From the NCBI GenBank assembly GCA_964035545.1, contig OZ037767.1, positions 22,584,628 through 22,648,627 of the forward strand: a stretch of 64,000 bases of DNA. The letters are read 5' to 3'. Shown here piece after piece: positions 35,864 through 48,917 of the stretch. The translations under genes were made by a program, and so were the position numbers. The notes beneath the pieces are model-generated. The model was not told where the DNA came from and did no database searches. It saw only the letters and a program-made list of their open reading frames with translations. Each line of letters begins with the position of its first letter. The stretch's first letter is position 1. The DNA is from Bugula neritina. Its lineage: Eukaryota; Animalia; Bryozoa.

Positions 35864-37319
35864 AGACAGAAAGGAAATTTAAAAACTATTTTGCTACGTT
35901 ATCATATTTAAATATTTTTCCTTAATTGCTATGTTAATGCATTCCAACTATATTTTTACAATATGAATATTTACCAAATCGGAGAAAGCATATATTGTGA
36001 TTACTTTGTAATAGTTTGTACTGCTGCTACAGTTTTGTTTACTTATCAAAAAGCATATGAGAACATTTGTCAAACTATTCATTATTTTTAACGGAATAGG
36101 ATGAGTTTTTATAACATCTTGGTACACGCACTTGATGAAACAGCTAAGCTATGTTATTGCTGTTATGTAAAACACGTGCTTGTACATCCTAGGTGTCTTG
36201 ACCTTTGTCAAGTAGAAAAAGACGCTGTGATCCATTATTTTATAATAATACAACCTATGAATTAAGTAATGCACATAATTACCTTCTCAAATAGAGCATT
36301 TATTTTTAGTCCTGAACCTATATTTAGACAAAGTGCTGTATCATTTCTTCCTTCAACTTTAACTCTAGTTAGCCTGTTCAGTACCATCATTGCAGAGCAG
36401 TTGCTTTTACTGATTAGAAATTTCATACAGAAGCTGAAGATATACTAATCCAAACTTTTCACATATTTCTAACATGCATACAGTGTGTTGAAGCAATTGT
36501 GTAACCTACGCATGCTTAAATTTTAGACAATATCAAAGTTGTTTAAAATCAAGATTAAAAAATCCAAACACCGCTGATTTCATATGTAAATTTTATCAGA
36601 AAATTATTTAAAGTTCTCATTATTAAAAGAAAGAAGACTTTTTAAGCATGAGATGGAAGCTATATTTCTAGAATTTCGTAAAAAAGTAACAAAAATATCA
36701 CAGATAGTTTAAAAATTAAAGATTCAATGAAATAAACCTGGGTGAGGAGAGGGTGACTAGATAGCCCCGCCCAGTATAATACAATGAAATTGCAGTCTAC
36801 TGTCCTAGCAACGTAATGTAGTACTGCAGTGAATGAATACAATCTGCTGAACAGTAGTCTAGTACTTGCTTGTTACTACACAGTACTGAGGTTATCAAAT
36901 ACACTGTACAGCATGACTCATTAAATCTTGAACATTCTAGTAAAAAACAGAATTTGGACGGTTTGCATCACAATATAAATAAATATCAGAGAGCCTGATA
37001 ATCATACTAAAGTACTTTGATGACGACAAAACTAAATTTAGCAAAATGAAAACTATGTGAGGGAACTATGTTATTAATAGGCTTGACTCATTTATTTAAT
37101 CGTGTTCTAACTTTACTGAGTAAAATTAAGGCACTTTAAAAATAATATATCTAGTTGGGCGTGAAAAATTTTTTAGTAGAGATGTTTATATAATGGTATT
37201 TGTAGTTTTAATACACCCTGTTTGCATGTGAAATGGCTTTAACTGTTAAAAACTAGAAGACTGTCTGTGATTTCAGCAGAGAGAAGGAGGTCTACAATAT
37301 CTCCAACAGCTGACGTGAT

Positions 37320-40300
37320 TTAGTAAAGTCTAAACTGTCTGCCACTTCCAGAGACAGCACCATTCATGGTGTTGTGTCGAACAATATCAGCTGACGCAGT
37401 TCGCTGTCGAGGCTGCAGAGGCTTGTGACCACGGAACCCCCTCTAAAAAATCATAATTTTTTATCAAAATTTTAATTTACTTAAACGCAAACAACACACT
37501 TTATAAGTGGCTAGAAACATTTTCATATTTCTTCATAAAAATATGAGAGCAATGGCAAAGGATAGGCAAAGTTGAAAATAAACCTAAAACACAGTTGGGA
37601 ATTTTGCTAATGGGAAACCTCTGTATTTGGGGAAATGTGCAGCAGATGATGGTTGGTTGATGTGTACCACTGAACATTTTCCTCCTTGCCTTTGAAACAG
37701 GCCAAAGTTTAGTAGTTGTATATATTATTGAGCTACACAAGGTAAATTTATGAATACCACTCAAAACTGATATTATACCAACTAGAATGAAGATGGGTTT
37801 AGTTCAATGAGCAGTGAGCTGTAAGTAGAGCCATGTCATTTTTAATGAGCGATAATCTGATCACAATATTTACTGCAACCTTTAAGTTGGCTAATTTAGT
37901 ATCATTCAAAATGAAAACAAATACAGACATGAATAAATAACTGAATATATGAGTATTTTTATAAAATATTTGAAATCACTCGGCTAATGCATAAATAATA
38001 AGTTTTTTTAATGCAGTCTAGTTAGGATTACGAAAACAACTGCTTCATTTGCACATTTATACAGAATATAACTAATCTTGTTCCAACTGTGAATGAAAAA
38101 AATTGTTCAATAGTCATTTCGACTACTAAACTACCTCAAAAAAAACATATTGGATTATAATACAAAATAAACCAAAAGAATATCAAAAAGCTCACAGCTG
38201 TAGCGGAGAAAGAACGAGTGCTAGAAGTGCCTGTGTATGGCGGGTGTGGCTTCAACATAGTTCGGTGGTGAGTCAGCAAACTAGTGAAGTCAGCGTGAGT
38301 ATTCCCGCTGTTTACCTGAGAGGCAGAACCCGGGCCTTGGAACTGGTCAACCTAAACAACATCCAGTAGGGAGTGCAGTTTGGTGAAGCCAGGAAAGGTT
38401 GTGTCGGAAATAAAATAAGTTTACAAAATCAAAGCTTCTTGGCTGAAAGCAGCAAAATTATATGAAGCAACTAAGCAATTTATCATATTAATACTATGTA
38501 AACAGTTAAGAAATAAGTTGACAGTGCAGTGGTACAGCCCATGCAGTGCCCCATTATAAACCATGAGATATACGAACCTGTGACCGGCTAGATAGTGATT
38601 CCTCTTCCACCACTGTAACAGACCAGAGAGAGTAGAATTAGACACTCTGGTATAACTACACGAGTTCTTACAACAACTTACTGCTTGCTATACATAGGGT
38701 ATAGTGCAGTGCATACAATGGAGCAAACATAAAATCAGTATAATGTAATATGCAATAGTTTCGCAGCTACCTTTCAATTTGTTGTTGAGTCTGTCTAAAG
38801 ACTTCAGTAACCGTTGTTCCTCGAGTGAGAGAGCAGACATAGGCGGGTGGGGTTTACACGCCACCCCTAACTCCTCCTTATACGCACCATCAGCCATAAC
38901 CTTCATGATATCTTTGTTTGAAAGACTCTCTCGGGCAGCTAACTGCTCGGCAGCGAGGTATGACATCATCGATTCTGAAACTGTCGAGAAATTCAAACTT
39001 ATTTTAAATAAAACAATAGAACGACGCACTGCATACTTGTTCAGTATTGTAAAATGACATCCATGTGACCAAATTACTGGCTGGCAATACATTGAAGCCA
39101 CACCAATGCCTATCACAGCTCTATGAGGAATAAAAACAGTTTATTGATCCGGTAATTACTGTAACAAGTTAAAATGAGATTATGGGTTATTGTTACGAAC
39201 TTAGATACCAATAAAGTATGCCAAGACTAAAGTTTTCAGTATGAACAAATAATTTTTTTTCCTCCTGCAGCTAAGATGACATGCAATGCCATCACATTTG
39301 ATTGAGAGCATATAATATAGTATCGACAGTAATTCATATAATATAGTAGAGGCAGTCTGTAACACAATATTTATTTACATGAGCTTGTATTATGTTATAA
39401 TCTGCATCCTCCACACCACGTAGACATATACATCTAGTCCCTTACTCACCATGGTTGTGGTTGTTAGCTGCTGAGAGATGGGGCTCTAAAGCACTGGGTA
39501 CTGGTCCATTGCTGCGATTAGAAGGCATATTTGGACCAAACTGACTAGGGTCTGTATGTCCAGGAGCCACATTACTAACACCTTGGTGAGTGTATTTCAT
39601 CACATGAGTTTGGCCCCTGGTTTCGGGTTGAAGAAAAGATGGCTGGTCCTGCTTGGGCCGCTGCAGGTTGGACAGAGAGCCATCAGCTGATGTCTGCCTT
39701 CTCATACCGGTTGACTGAGCTCGACCAATCAGGTTGATGTTTGAGGCAGTTATCTATAGTGATGATTGATTCGATAGACAGACAGACAGACATAATATAT
39801 AGTGACAACAGAATCTAGTTGCGATAAGCACAAGCCAATTATCAAGCTGTCACTGTTGTATCTCAGCTGTACACCTAACCATAGTCATGTGATCACACAG
39901 GGACAAAGGAAGATTACTCCACACTGAAGACTATATTATAAAACCCATACTGCTTATGAGAGTAACATGTTTGTCCTGCTAATACGGAACTTAAGCTAAG
40001 TATAAACAAGATGTCACGACTCTCACCTTTTTAATAGGAGGTTTGGGTGGTAGACTGTTGGTCACATGACTCTGTTGGAAGTCAGGTGGTGCTGACCTAA
40101 CGCTGCTGACAGGAATGTCACAGGGAGGTGCTGCCGATCTGGCACTAGCGCTGGGACTTTCCTGCAGACAGTCTCTCACTTTGTCCCAGAGGATGTCTAT
40201 TTCATCGTCTGTGGGGGTTCTGTCTAGTCTGATATCACTCAGACTAGGTTTAGCTTTGCTTGGTTTATCAGTCTCAGAAGGTTTGTCTGCTTTATACATA

Positions 40301-43300
40301 CAGTATACGTAATAATACTTTATACACACAGTGTACGTAATAATACTTTATACATACAGCATAGTAATAATACTTTATACATACAGTATACGTAATAATA
40401 CTTTATACATACAGTATACGTAATAATACTTTATACATACAGCATACGTAATAATACTTTATACATACAGTACACATTAATGTAACTGCTTTATACAACA
40501 TATAATTTTTAATCTACATACTATATACACTCAGTGTATATATACCCACATTATACATACAGCATATAACATGAAAATACCTATTTTATACAAACAGCAT
40601 ACATTAATATACTACTTTATACGCAGTATGCCATGATATACTTGATATATACATGTATACACTATGCGATAATATATACAATACTATGATATTATCACTC
40701 ACATAAGCAACATGATCTACTCCTATACTGTTTACATACAAAGTAATATATACTATATTTGCATCTCAAAAAGATGGGACAACTCTACAGCATATGACAC
40801 TAAAGGAATATAGCATTTAAAGATCTTGACATACCTGCATTGTTAGTATGTAGGTTATGCCTAGCAACTACTGGTCCTTTGTGTTGGGGAGACGGCTGCT
40901 GTTTAGTAGACAAGGATTTATCAGTGACCTTTGGAGCTATAGTGCTGGATATGTGAGGCACACCATCTGCAGTAGCCTTAGCTTTGGATGTGTTCACAGG
41001 ACGAGGGATGCCTATATCATATAACGGCAGTGATAGACCACAACTTATAAACTATACGGTTGCCAGGATACATCTCTTTCAGGCATATCAACTTGTATCA
41101 TTTCTCCACAGTTGGGGAAAATTAAGGTCTTCTTTTGAATCATACAAAGCTTATTATAACAAGGATATAATAAATCAGAAGATGAATTTTGAAACCAGGC
41201 AATAAAATTATCTGTTATAATACAATCTAGGGAGTAGCCGTGGTCTAGGGGTTAGTGTTTGCCTGGTAAACACAAAGGTCATGGGTTCAAGCCCAGACAA
41301 AGGCCATTGGTGATGTTAGGAAGAGCATCCAGTCATAATTGCTCCTGTGACTTATTTAAAGAAATCCTTAGCCCGCTTTAAGAAAAACCCTTTCCATCAG
41401 GGGTTTCTCACAGAGATAGCGACTATAAACTTGCGTGAGTTTTTTTTATTACATTATTTGGTGACTTGATATTAATAAGAAAGCAGGTATTTGCTACCTG
41501 CTCTATGCTTGCAGAATATTCTAGAAGGTTATCGTGTTTTAACAAACTTACTGCTTGGTGATGATCCTTTTTGAAAAAAGACCGGTTCAGAATTCTTCTC
41601 TGAAAATCTCACAGACTTCTTAGCACTCTGTAATAGAGTAGAACTTTACACAGAGCTAAGATAAAAATATTATTTACCAACATTAAATCATTGGTAAATA
41701 ATCAGTACAAAAACATATTTGTCTATAAAGTCAGTATACATAATTTGTCTATAATCTTTATAATCACTCTATATAATAAGTTGATATACTTAGTCTATAA
41801 TCAGTCTATGTAGTCAGGCTATGTAATATTCAGTGTATACATTATAGGTTAAGAGTTGGGGGAAGTTCAACTTAACTAAAATCAGTTGTATTTTTAAAAT
41901 ACATTAAAATTCTAGATAAAACCCATTGTAGTACAAGAATATTTATTCTATAATGTATACTACAGCGTTTCACAGGGGGAAACTACAGACTTTATACTAA
42001 AACTCAGTTTAATTCAAACCATAAACATGAAACATTCAAACAAGGAAAAATCAATTGGCTGATTGCTGAAACAACATACTTTAGGAGTTTCCACTCTTCC
42101 TGCAGAGTTCTGCAAGTGCTGTTTAGTTAGCTCTACACTGTCTCTAATACTAGGAGACGAATGAGATCGAGGAAGGGCCGGTGACTTAGGGTTCCTCTTT
42201 TTCAGAATGCTTCTAGGAGCACCGCTATCACTGGCCGTGTCACTGAACATGTCTATTTGATGCCCCTGACAGCTCTCAGATGGAGTGTTAGTGTTAGTAG
42301 GCTGCACGGCGGGAGCCTGTGGTCTTGGATTTGGTTCTGTGCTTGGTGGAGAGCTGTCCTGGGTGCCCCATGCGTGAGCAGGAAACTCATTTACTAAGGA
42401 CTGAGACTCAGTGCGACTCTTCAGATAGAATGACACACCACCTGGTGGCAATACACATACAAGGTGTGATAACTCTTCACTGTAAACGAAGACTCAGCCA
42501 ACACTTATTTGACTGGTGCAAATCACAGCTAAACACAAAATAACTGGCGGAATAAATTTCAAAAAATAGTATTAAAATATAAAGTGTTTATATAAATTCA
42601 GAAATACTTTGTTAGCCTGCACAAACAATGTTTGCGGTGAAATGATATAAAAACTGCTGGCTCAAATCAAAATCAAAATTTATAATTTCCAACTTTGAAA
42701 TGAAATGCACAGTGACTGAATGGAAATGTCGGTTACACTAGAATATGTAATCATAGTAGAAAGAGAGTCTTCAGTTAGCAGAATTGTGCTGGTGTCGTAG
42801 AGTGAGGGTAATGTGTCTTATAATAACGTAACATAGTAATATTATAAAATTCAATACCAAATGCAAAGCAAATACCATAAAATAAACATCAAATACTATA
42901 AAATATTACATAAATTTAGTATAACAATTTACATTAAACTAACAAAGTCCAATACTGAAGATAAAGCCTGTAAACCACTCAATACAACTTTTCACACCAC
43001 CAAACTCTTTCCCTTTCCTGCAGCTTATTATTATTACTTCACAATAAAGTAGAAATCAATACCTGATTGGCCGTTAGTAGCATTAGCTGCGTCACCATTG
43101 GTGGAGGTGGAAAAGTTTTCAAAGCCCATGTCACCAACAGTATTGTTCACTGAACGAGTATTAGATTTCGCACCCTGAATATTTTCTGGATTATATAAGA
43201 CATTAGAGTGTAATAATTTGTTCTGTTTCCCAGATGTCACATTATTAGGAGTTGTGGCCACGTGGGAGGATCTGTGCTCAGTGGTGTTGACCACTTGGAA

Positions 43301-46300
43301 GCCGAGGAATGCATTTGGGTCAGTAGTGGGAGTGGCAGTAGTAGAGGCCATCTGTCTATATACCGGGGCACTTTGTACACGACTTTGCACGCTAACTGCA
43401 GTCTTAGTTCTCTGGTTATGATCTGATAATACGACTGGGGACTCTTGTCTGTATGTGTCGCCACCCACATGGGATTCTAAGGAACTGATTCTATTGTGAT
43501 AATTACTAGATGTGTTCTTTTCGTAATCTGTACCAAAATCTATTACATGACTTCGATAACTAGGTTGCTCAGACTCTAAACTGTCTACGCTCTCTATACT
43601 GCGGGCATCGTCCTGAGGCTCCCCTTCAGGTTTTGCAACAGGACCTTCTTCTAGTCTCATATCTTGCACCAGTTTCTCAGTGTTTCGCTGCACAATTTCT
43701 GCCTTACTTTTGTTCAATGCTGCTGAAAGCAAAACACACAGTTACCTATAGAAGAATGCTAACCCAGTTTACCAATGGAAGAAATTAGTATGTTTTTCTA
43801 TTGGCTAGTTAAATTATGATATAAATAGCATCAGCAACCACATTCAATGCTGCTCAATCTGATCAACCAACAAATAAGTGCCGCCACCACAATTAGAAAC
43901 TAGAGTTATCTCCACTATCTAAAACCGAACAAGAAAAATAAAAAAGATTATTGGACTTTTTCCTAGTCAAGAAATTATTCAAAATTCAACTAAAACTAGT
44001 CAAGTGAAACATTTCCTTTCGATAATTTTTCACTTTTGAAATCAGCCCAGCTACATAGTTAGGAGTGTAACATTAAAACAAAAGTTATTAATAGATTTTT
44101 ACTTAAATATTATACAAATCACATTAGTAATTTATCAATATACTGTTGAAAACAGTATACAACAGTAAGCTATGTGAATATTGTATTGATTCAGAAGTGC
44201 ATGACTGCTAACGACATTTATTAAGGCTATTTGACCTCACCTCAACTTCTTGACAAAAACAGAACAGCTACCTAAGGGCCACATATCATAGCCATTGATA
44301 CTTTGATACATGCAATAATATTCTCTTTATTATTAATAGCCTACTAATGGTATGATAGTTATAATCTATTAGGCACATTATGTGAACTATAAAATACGAC
44401 AATGTAAAACATGCTACAACCTGGGTATGAAAATTTCAGTTTTATAAGAAATCCAAATGCTTATTTGAACTCGGATTGACTCTAATAACAGAAACAAAGT
44501 TCCGCTAGTTATACGCCTCTAACTACCAACATTAAAAGAAAAATTCACAATTGAATTAAAATAATTGTGTTCTAACATTGATGAGAACCTATAACATCAA
44601 CATCAGAAAACACATAACATAAACTGAAAAAAAACAGTAAACAGGTACATAATAATAATAATATAACATTACAACACATCTACCATGATATTTGGGAGTT
44701 GTGTACACATAATGCCTGTTAGTCGATACTAGAAGCATAAAATAATAAGCACCCAAGGGTTGGTTTTACATTTTGCAGTATAACCAAATGCTGAAAATAG
44801 TTTAACTAAGTGATATGTTTAATAAAGGTACGTTTGTTAAATAATAAAGCCCTTCAAATAGGCAAAAGTTCAAGGTTTATTATAAAACTTTTCTAGCTGA
44901 TTCCCACAACACATGACTAGCAATAACTTTGATAATACTTAGAAACAAGTGACTACTCTGCAATAATTCTTATTAACTTTCATAAACATGTTGATTAGAA
45001 ATGAAAATGACTTATAGTCTGCCCGCAGGAAATGCTGTGCTAATTGTTCGACCAACTCAAAAAATAGAAGCATTATAATATAAATGTATAAAGATAAGTA
45101 GGTACTTTGTTGTTATGAAAAGATTGTGAAGCAATAAAATTGACATCTTACTATTCAAATCATAATATGCTAGCAATCCAGTTGAAAGTTGCTAATGAAC
45201 AACACATGTGCTGTAATACTGTATAATTGAGAATACAACTCCCAAGCTCTTATAACGCCATCAATATGACATTGTAACTAACACCAAAGGACAGAAGACG
45301 CGTTTAATAAACTATATATGGGTTGAGTTATTTGTATCAGTTTTAATACAGTTGAATGTTTTAAACACATTTCCAACAACCTATTGGAGCATTAGTAGTA
45401 AGCTTGTATATTTTATTAACTTATATGTTGTGTATCACCATTGTATGATACAAACACTGTACTGCAGTACAGTAACTAATGTTAGTGATATTTCCTTTCC
45501 AACACTCACCTTGGTGTTGAGCTAGCTGCTGCTCAAACATGTTACTGCTGCCATTCTCTAAGTGCTGCCGCATAGGTAATCTGTTTCTAGATAAGCTCAT
45601 GGAAGCATTGTTTTCATTGGTAGTGCTTATGTGGCCATTAGCTGCCTGTAAGTGGGCTCCATATTTCTATTAATCATTACACTTGATGTTAGACATAAAA
45701 CTTCACAATCCCATCTTATTAAATAAAGAGAAAAATGTGTGGTTCATAAATCATAGTAAGAACTTGACTGAAACTGTGTATGACTGAAGTTAATGAAAAT
45801 GATGGTGAAATGTATGAAATGGTGAAATAAACATGAACATCTAAAGCTAGACTGAGTACCTGCAAAAATACAGCCCCACTGTCACCAACATTATACTGCA
45901 ACTGAGAATTGCCTTTGATAGCTCTGAGAGCATCTTCTATGTTGATCTGGTTAGTTTTAACAACTGGTGCACTGTAAGCTCGCTCTGAAATGAGTGACAT
46001 TCATACTAAAGCTTTCACAAATTCTAAAAACCTGCACAGATGTGGCATGTATACTGCATAACTACCAAATTACGAAATGGCCGTTGAAAAACAGAATAAA
46101 ATTTAAACAGAAACATTTAATAAAAGAAATAAAGTAGGTTGTTTTTATGTTGCATAAACTCAGGCAACTTTAACCCCCTAGACACACTTTGCCGCACCGT
46201 AGGCCGCAACAGCAAATGTCAGCCATATTTAGAAATGTTTGCGATTCATGTATGTACGTTAGAATCAAGCACTACTTGAATCAAAAAAGTTGCAGCGGGC

Positions 46301-48285
46301 CCCTATTGGACAGGAAGACGTTCGCATCAATTCATTGGATATAAATGTCTAATGAGGTGCCATAGATCATACCCAATAGAGTTTTGAGAACTTCAGCCCG
46401 GACACATTAAAAATTGCTGACATTTTACGTTACAGCCTAAGGTGCGGCAAAGTGTGTCTAGGGGGTAAAGGTTTTCATTCACAACCCGTCAACAGTCTCA
46501 ACTCACTGGCTCTGGGAGATTTGACTCGCTGGTGACTGAGGGTAGTTGACCGGGCTGCCCCGGCCCTTTGGTATCTGTGAGTCACATCCTGTATTCTTGC
46601 CTTCCTTTCTGCTAAAATCTCATTCCGACGTTTTTCTTCTTCATTCTCCCGGGCCTTCTTTCGATTGATAAGATCCCTACAAAAAATAGCCACTAGATTG
46701 ACTACCCTAAAAACTACTTGTGGTAAACTAGAAGCAATACAAATCATGGCAAATATATATAACCATGTAAAACATAGAAAAGGTAAGTTGATGAAAAATA
46801 TAATCTGAAATTCTTGATTAGAATAATTTAGAGAAGGAATTTTAAAAACTACTAGAGATTTCAAAAAGTTAGAAAATAGATTATACTACTAACAAGTTTA
46901 AGTTTAATAATAAATACATTGCAGCTATCATTAACGACTTCATTGCTTACCTTCGCCTCTTGTTAGTTTCAGCAGAAAGTTTTTTATTTTTAATTGATAT
47001 GTCTTCTTTGTTTCCCAGTATTTCCTCTCTGAGTTGTTCCAAATGATGTTGCTGTAAAGCACTATATTGATTTCTATTAGATAAGTCAAGTATATACATA
47101 AGTTGAATTGTATTAATAACCATTATCAAGACTAGATTAGGTTCGAAGTTGAATCTATTGTAAGCATGATTAGGTTGATTAAATTTTAACCATGAAATAA
47201 CAGTTTCAAATAAAAATGCAATCAAACTGTACACTGAATACAGTGTATAAAACTTGCTGTTGACAAAAGCAATAAGAATTTGGTAATGTGTATGTGTGTA
47301 AATGTGAACAACTACTCATCAAGTATAACATATTCAAGTTTTAAATAAATGAATAACTATGTTATAAAATAATTATATCAGTAAGTGTACTTTATTTATT
47401 TAAAATTTAACATTGAATTTTATGCTTAGGTCAAATTTGGTCTATGAATTCAAACCAACCTTCCCAATCAGTTTTGTTTTTCCATCAAACAAACTATAGT
47501 ACTTCATTATAAATTGTCATAAAGCTCAAACAAACTTGAGGCTAATTACAAATTAATTTTGAGTTTACTTTGTTCCCATTTAGTAATCAACAATAAAAAA
47601 TCCAATTGCTGATGAATAATATTAACATCATCATTGTTATTAAATTTAATTTTGAAACTGTTATTACTTGTAGTTATCACCGTGAACGTTAACCACTAAC
47701 TCAGAGAATACTTTAAATTTAACCTATGCTTTAATTTTAAATAATTTAGTAACACTAACCATAAGTTCAGGCTGAACTCAAAATAAAATCTATTGTTTCC
47801 TTTTTAGTAAAACTGTATTAAGTTTTGGTTGAAAATGAATATTGGTCATACTCATAGATTTAGAAAAATTCAAATTATAAATTGAAAATTCAAATTCCAA
47901 TTAAATGACTCAAGAAGAGTGAATTACTAATTTAATGTTCAAAATAAATATTATTCTTACCATAAAAATAGTATCACAACTTATTAATTATAAGTATTTC
48001 AATTTGGCTTAATAGTTTTACACTTTGATTTACTGAAAGTCAACTGTCACTGTCAAAGTGAAAGTCAAAGTCAAACTCAAAGTGAAAGGATACGAGTAAC
48101 CGGATGAAGCAAAATGTCTCAGATCATTGTTATCCATGATATTTAAAGCAATAACTACTGTTGAGAACTAGCACCAAATTCTACAGAGCTGTGGGTTTGA
48201 ATCAATCCATTAAAGTTGTAGTGCCAAGTAAACCCAATCATACGTACGCCTTGTGATTATCATTGTGCAGTTGTTTGGCAGCCAT
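37320..48285 (-). CDS. CEP126: Centrosomal protein of 126 kDa-like (KIAA1377 family), 15 exons, ~985 aa
   Basis: Exons 48285-48248, 47073-46951, 46676-46507, 45984-45860, 45645-45510, 43722-43063, 42441-42080, 41627-41552, 41011-40835, 40289-40027, 39753-39450, 38980-38771, 38612-38578, 38351-38196, 37442-37320; phase-consistent. Family blocks in the expected order: ETNKRRR...RRNEILAERKARIQDVTHRYQRA, IEDALRAIK, NMFEQQL, SVDSLE, SILKK...SIRDSVEL, LDRTPTDDEIDILWDKVRDCL, SALSLEEQRLLKSLDRLNNKL. Confidence 0.85.
40290..40475 (-). repeat. 28-bp minisatellite (CTTTATACATACAGTATACGTAATAATA on +), ~6.5 copies, abutting the CEP126-like exon-10 acceptor
   Basis: Units at 40290, 40318, 40346, 40373, 40401, 40429, 40457. 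The terminal unit supplies TATAAAG of the AAG/CAG tandem acceptor. Confidence 0.9.
41230..41450 (+). mobile_element. tRNA-derived SINE
   Basis: Pol III A-box TGGTCTAGGGG (41241-41251) and B-box GGTTCAAGCCC (41284-41294), no complete cloverleaf, followed by a GC-richer body and a T-run at ~41439. The 3' end is approximate. Confidence 0.7.
46174..46465. mobile_element. piggyBac-type MITE with ~30-bp TIRs
   Basis: TTAA|CCCCCTAGACACACTTTGCCGCACCGTAGG ... CCTAAGGTGCGGCAAAGTGTGTCTAGGGGG|TAAA (right TTAA has one substitution). Confidence 0.85.
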
Positions 48286-48593
48286 GTTTAGAAACACAGA
48301 TACAAATTATCGCGCATGCGTAAATTGTAGTACTTGCTAAAAATGACAATTTTTTCAAAATAAATTGTTGTAGTATCAAAAAATAAATATTTTTTAATTT
48401 TTTTTAAATAAATGAGTAACAATAAAAATACAATTGTTTGACAAAATTTGGGTGCGTTAACATGCAGACGATGCTATTTTAAGCGCAGGTGATCGACGCG
48501 TATTTTGTGCGTGTTACTGGCAATGGTACGGTTCTGTACTTTACATTAACTTTACGGTTATGCTGTGTGTGTAAGCTGTTCTAAAATCCAAAA
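48286..48593. promoter_or_regulatory. Putative bidirectional promoter shared by CEP126-like and SYCP1-like
   Basis: Divergent ATGs at 48285 (-) and 48594 (+) are 308 bp apart. NRF1/EWG-type palindrome CGCGCATGCGTA at 48311-48322 (11/12 to YGCGCAYGCGCR). Local CpG enrichment at 48450-48560. Confidence 0.65.
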
Positions 48594-48810
48594 ATGAATT
48601 TTTTCAACAAGCACCGAAAAAGTACAGTTACAAAATCTTCTGATGTTGCCCCCAATCCAATAATGTCAGCATGTTTTGAATCTCCAATAGCTGGGACTGG
48701 AAGAAACTCTCTTGCCTTCTCAAAAATGGTAATGCTAATAGTTATACTTATAGTAATACTAATAATAATATTAATACTAATAGTAATAGTGATACTAATA
48801 CTAATAGTTA

Positions 48811-48881
<71 letters not shown>

Positions 48882-48882
48882 C

Positions 48883-48917
<35 letters not shown>

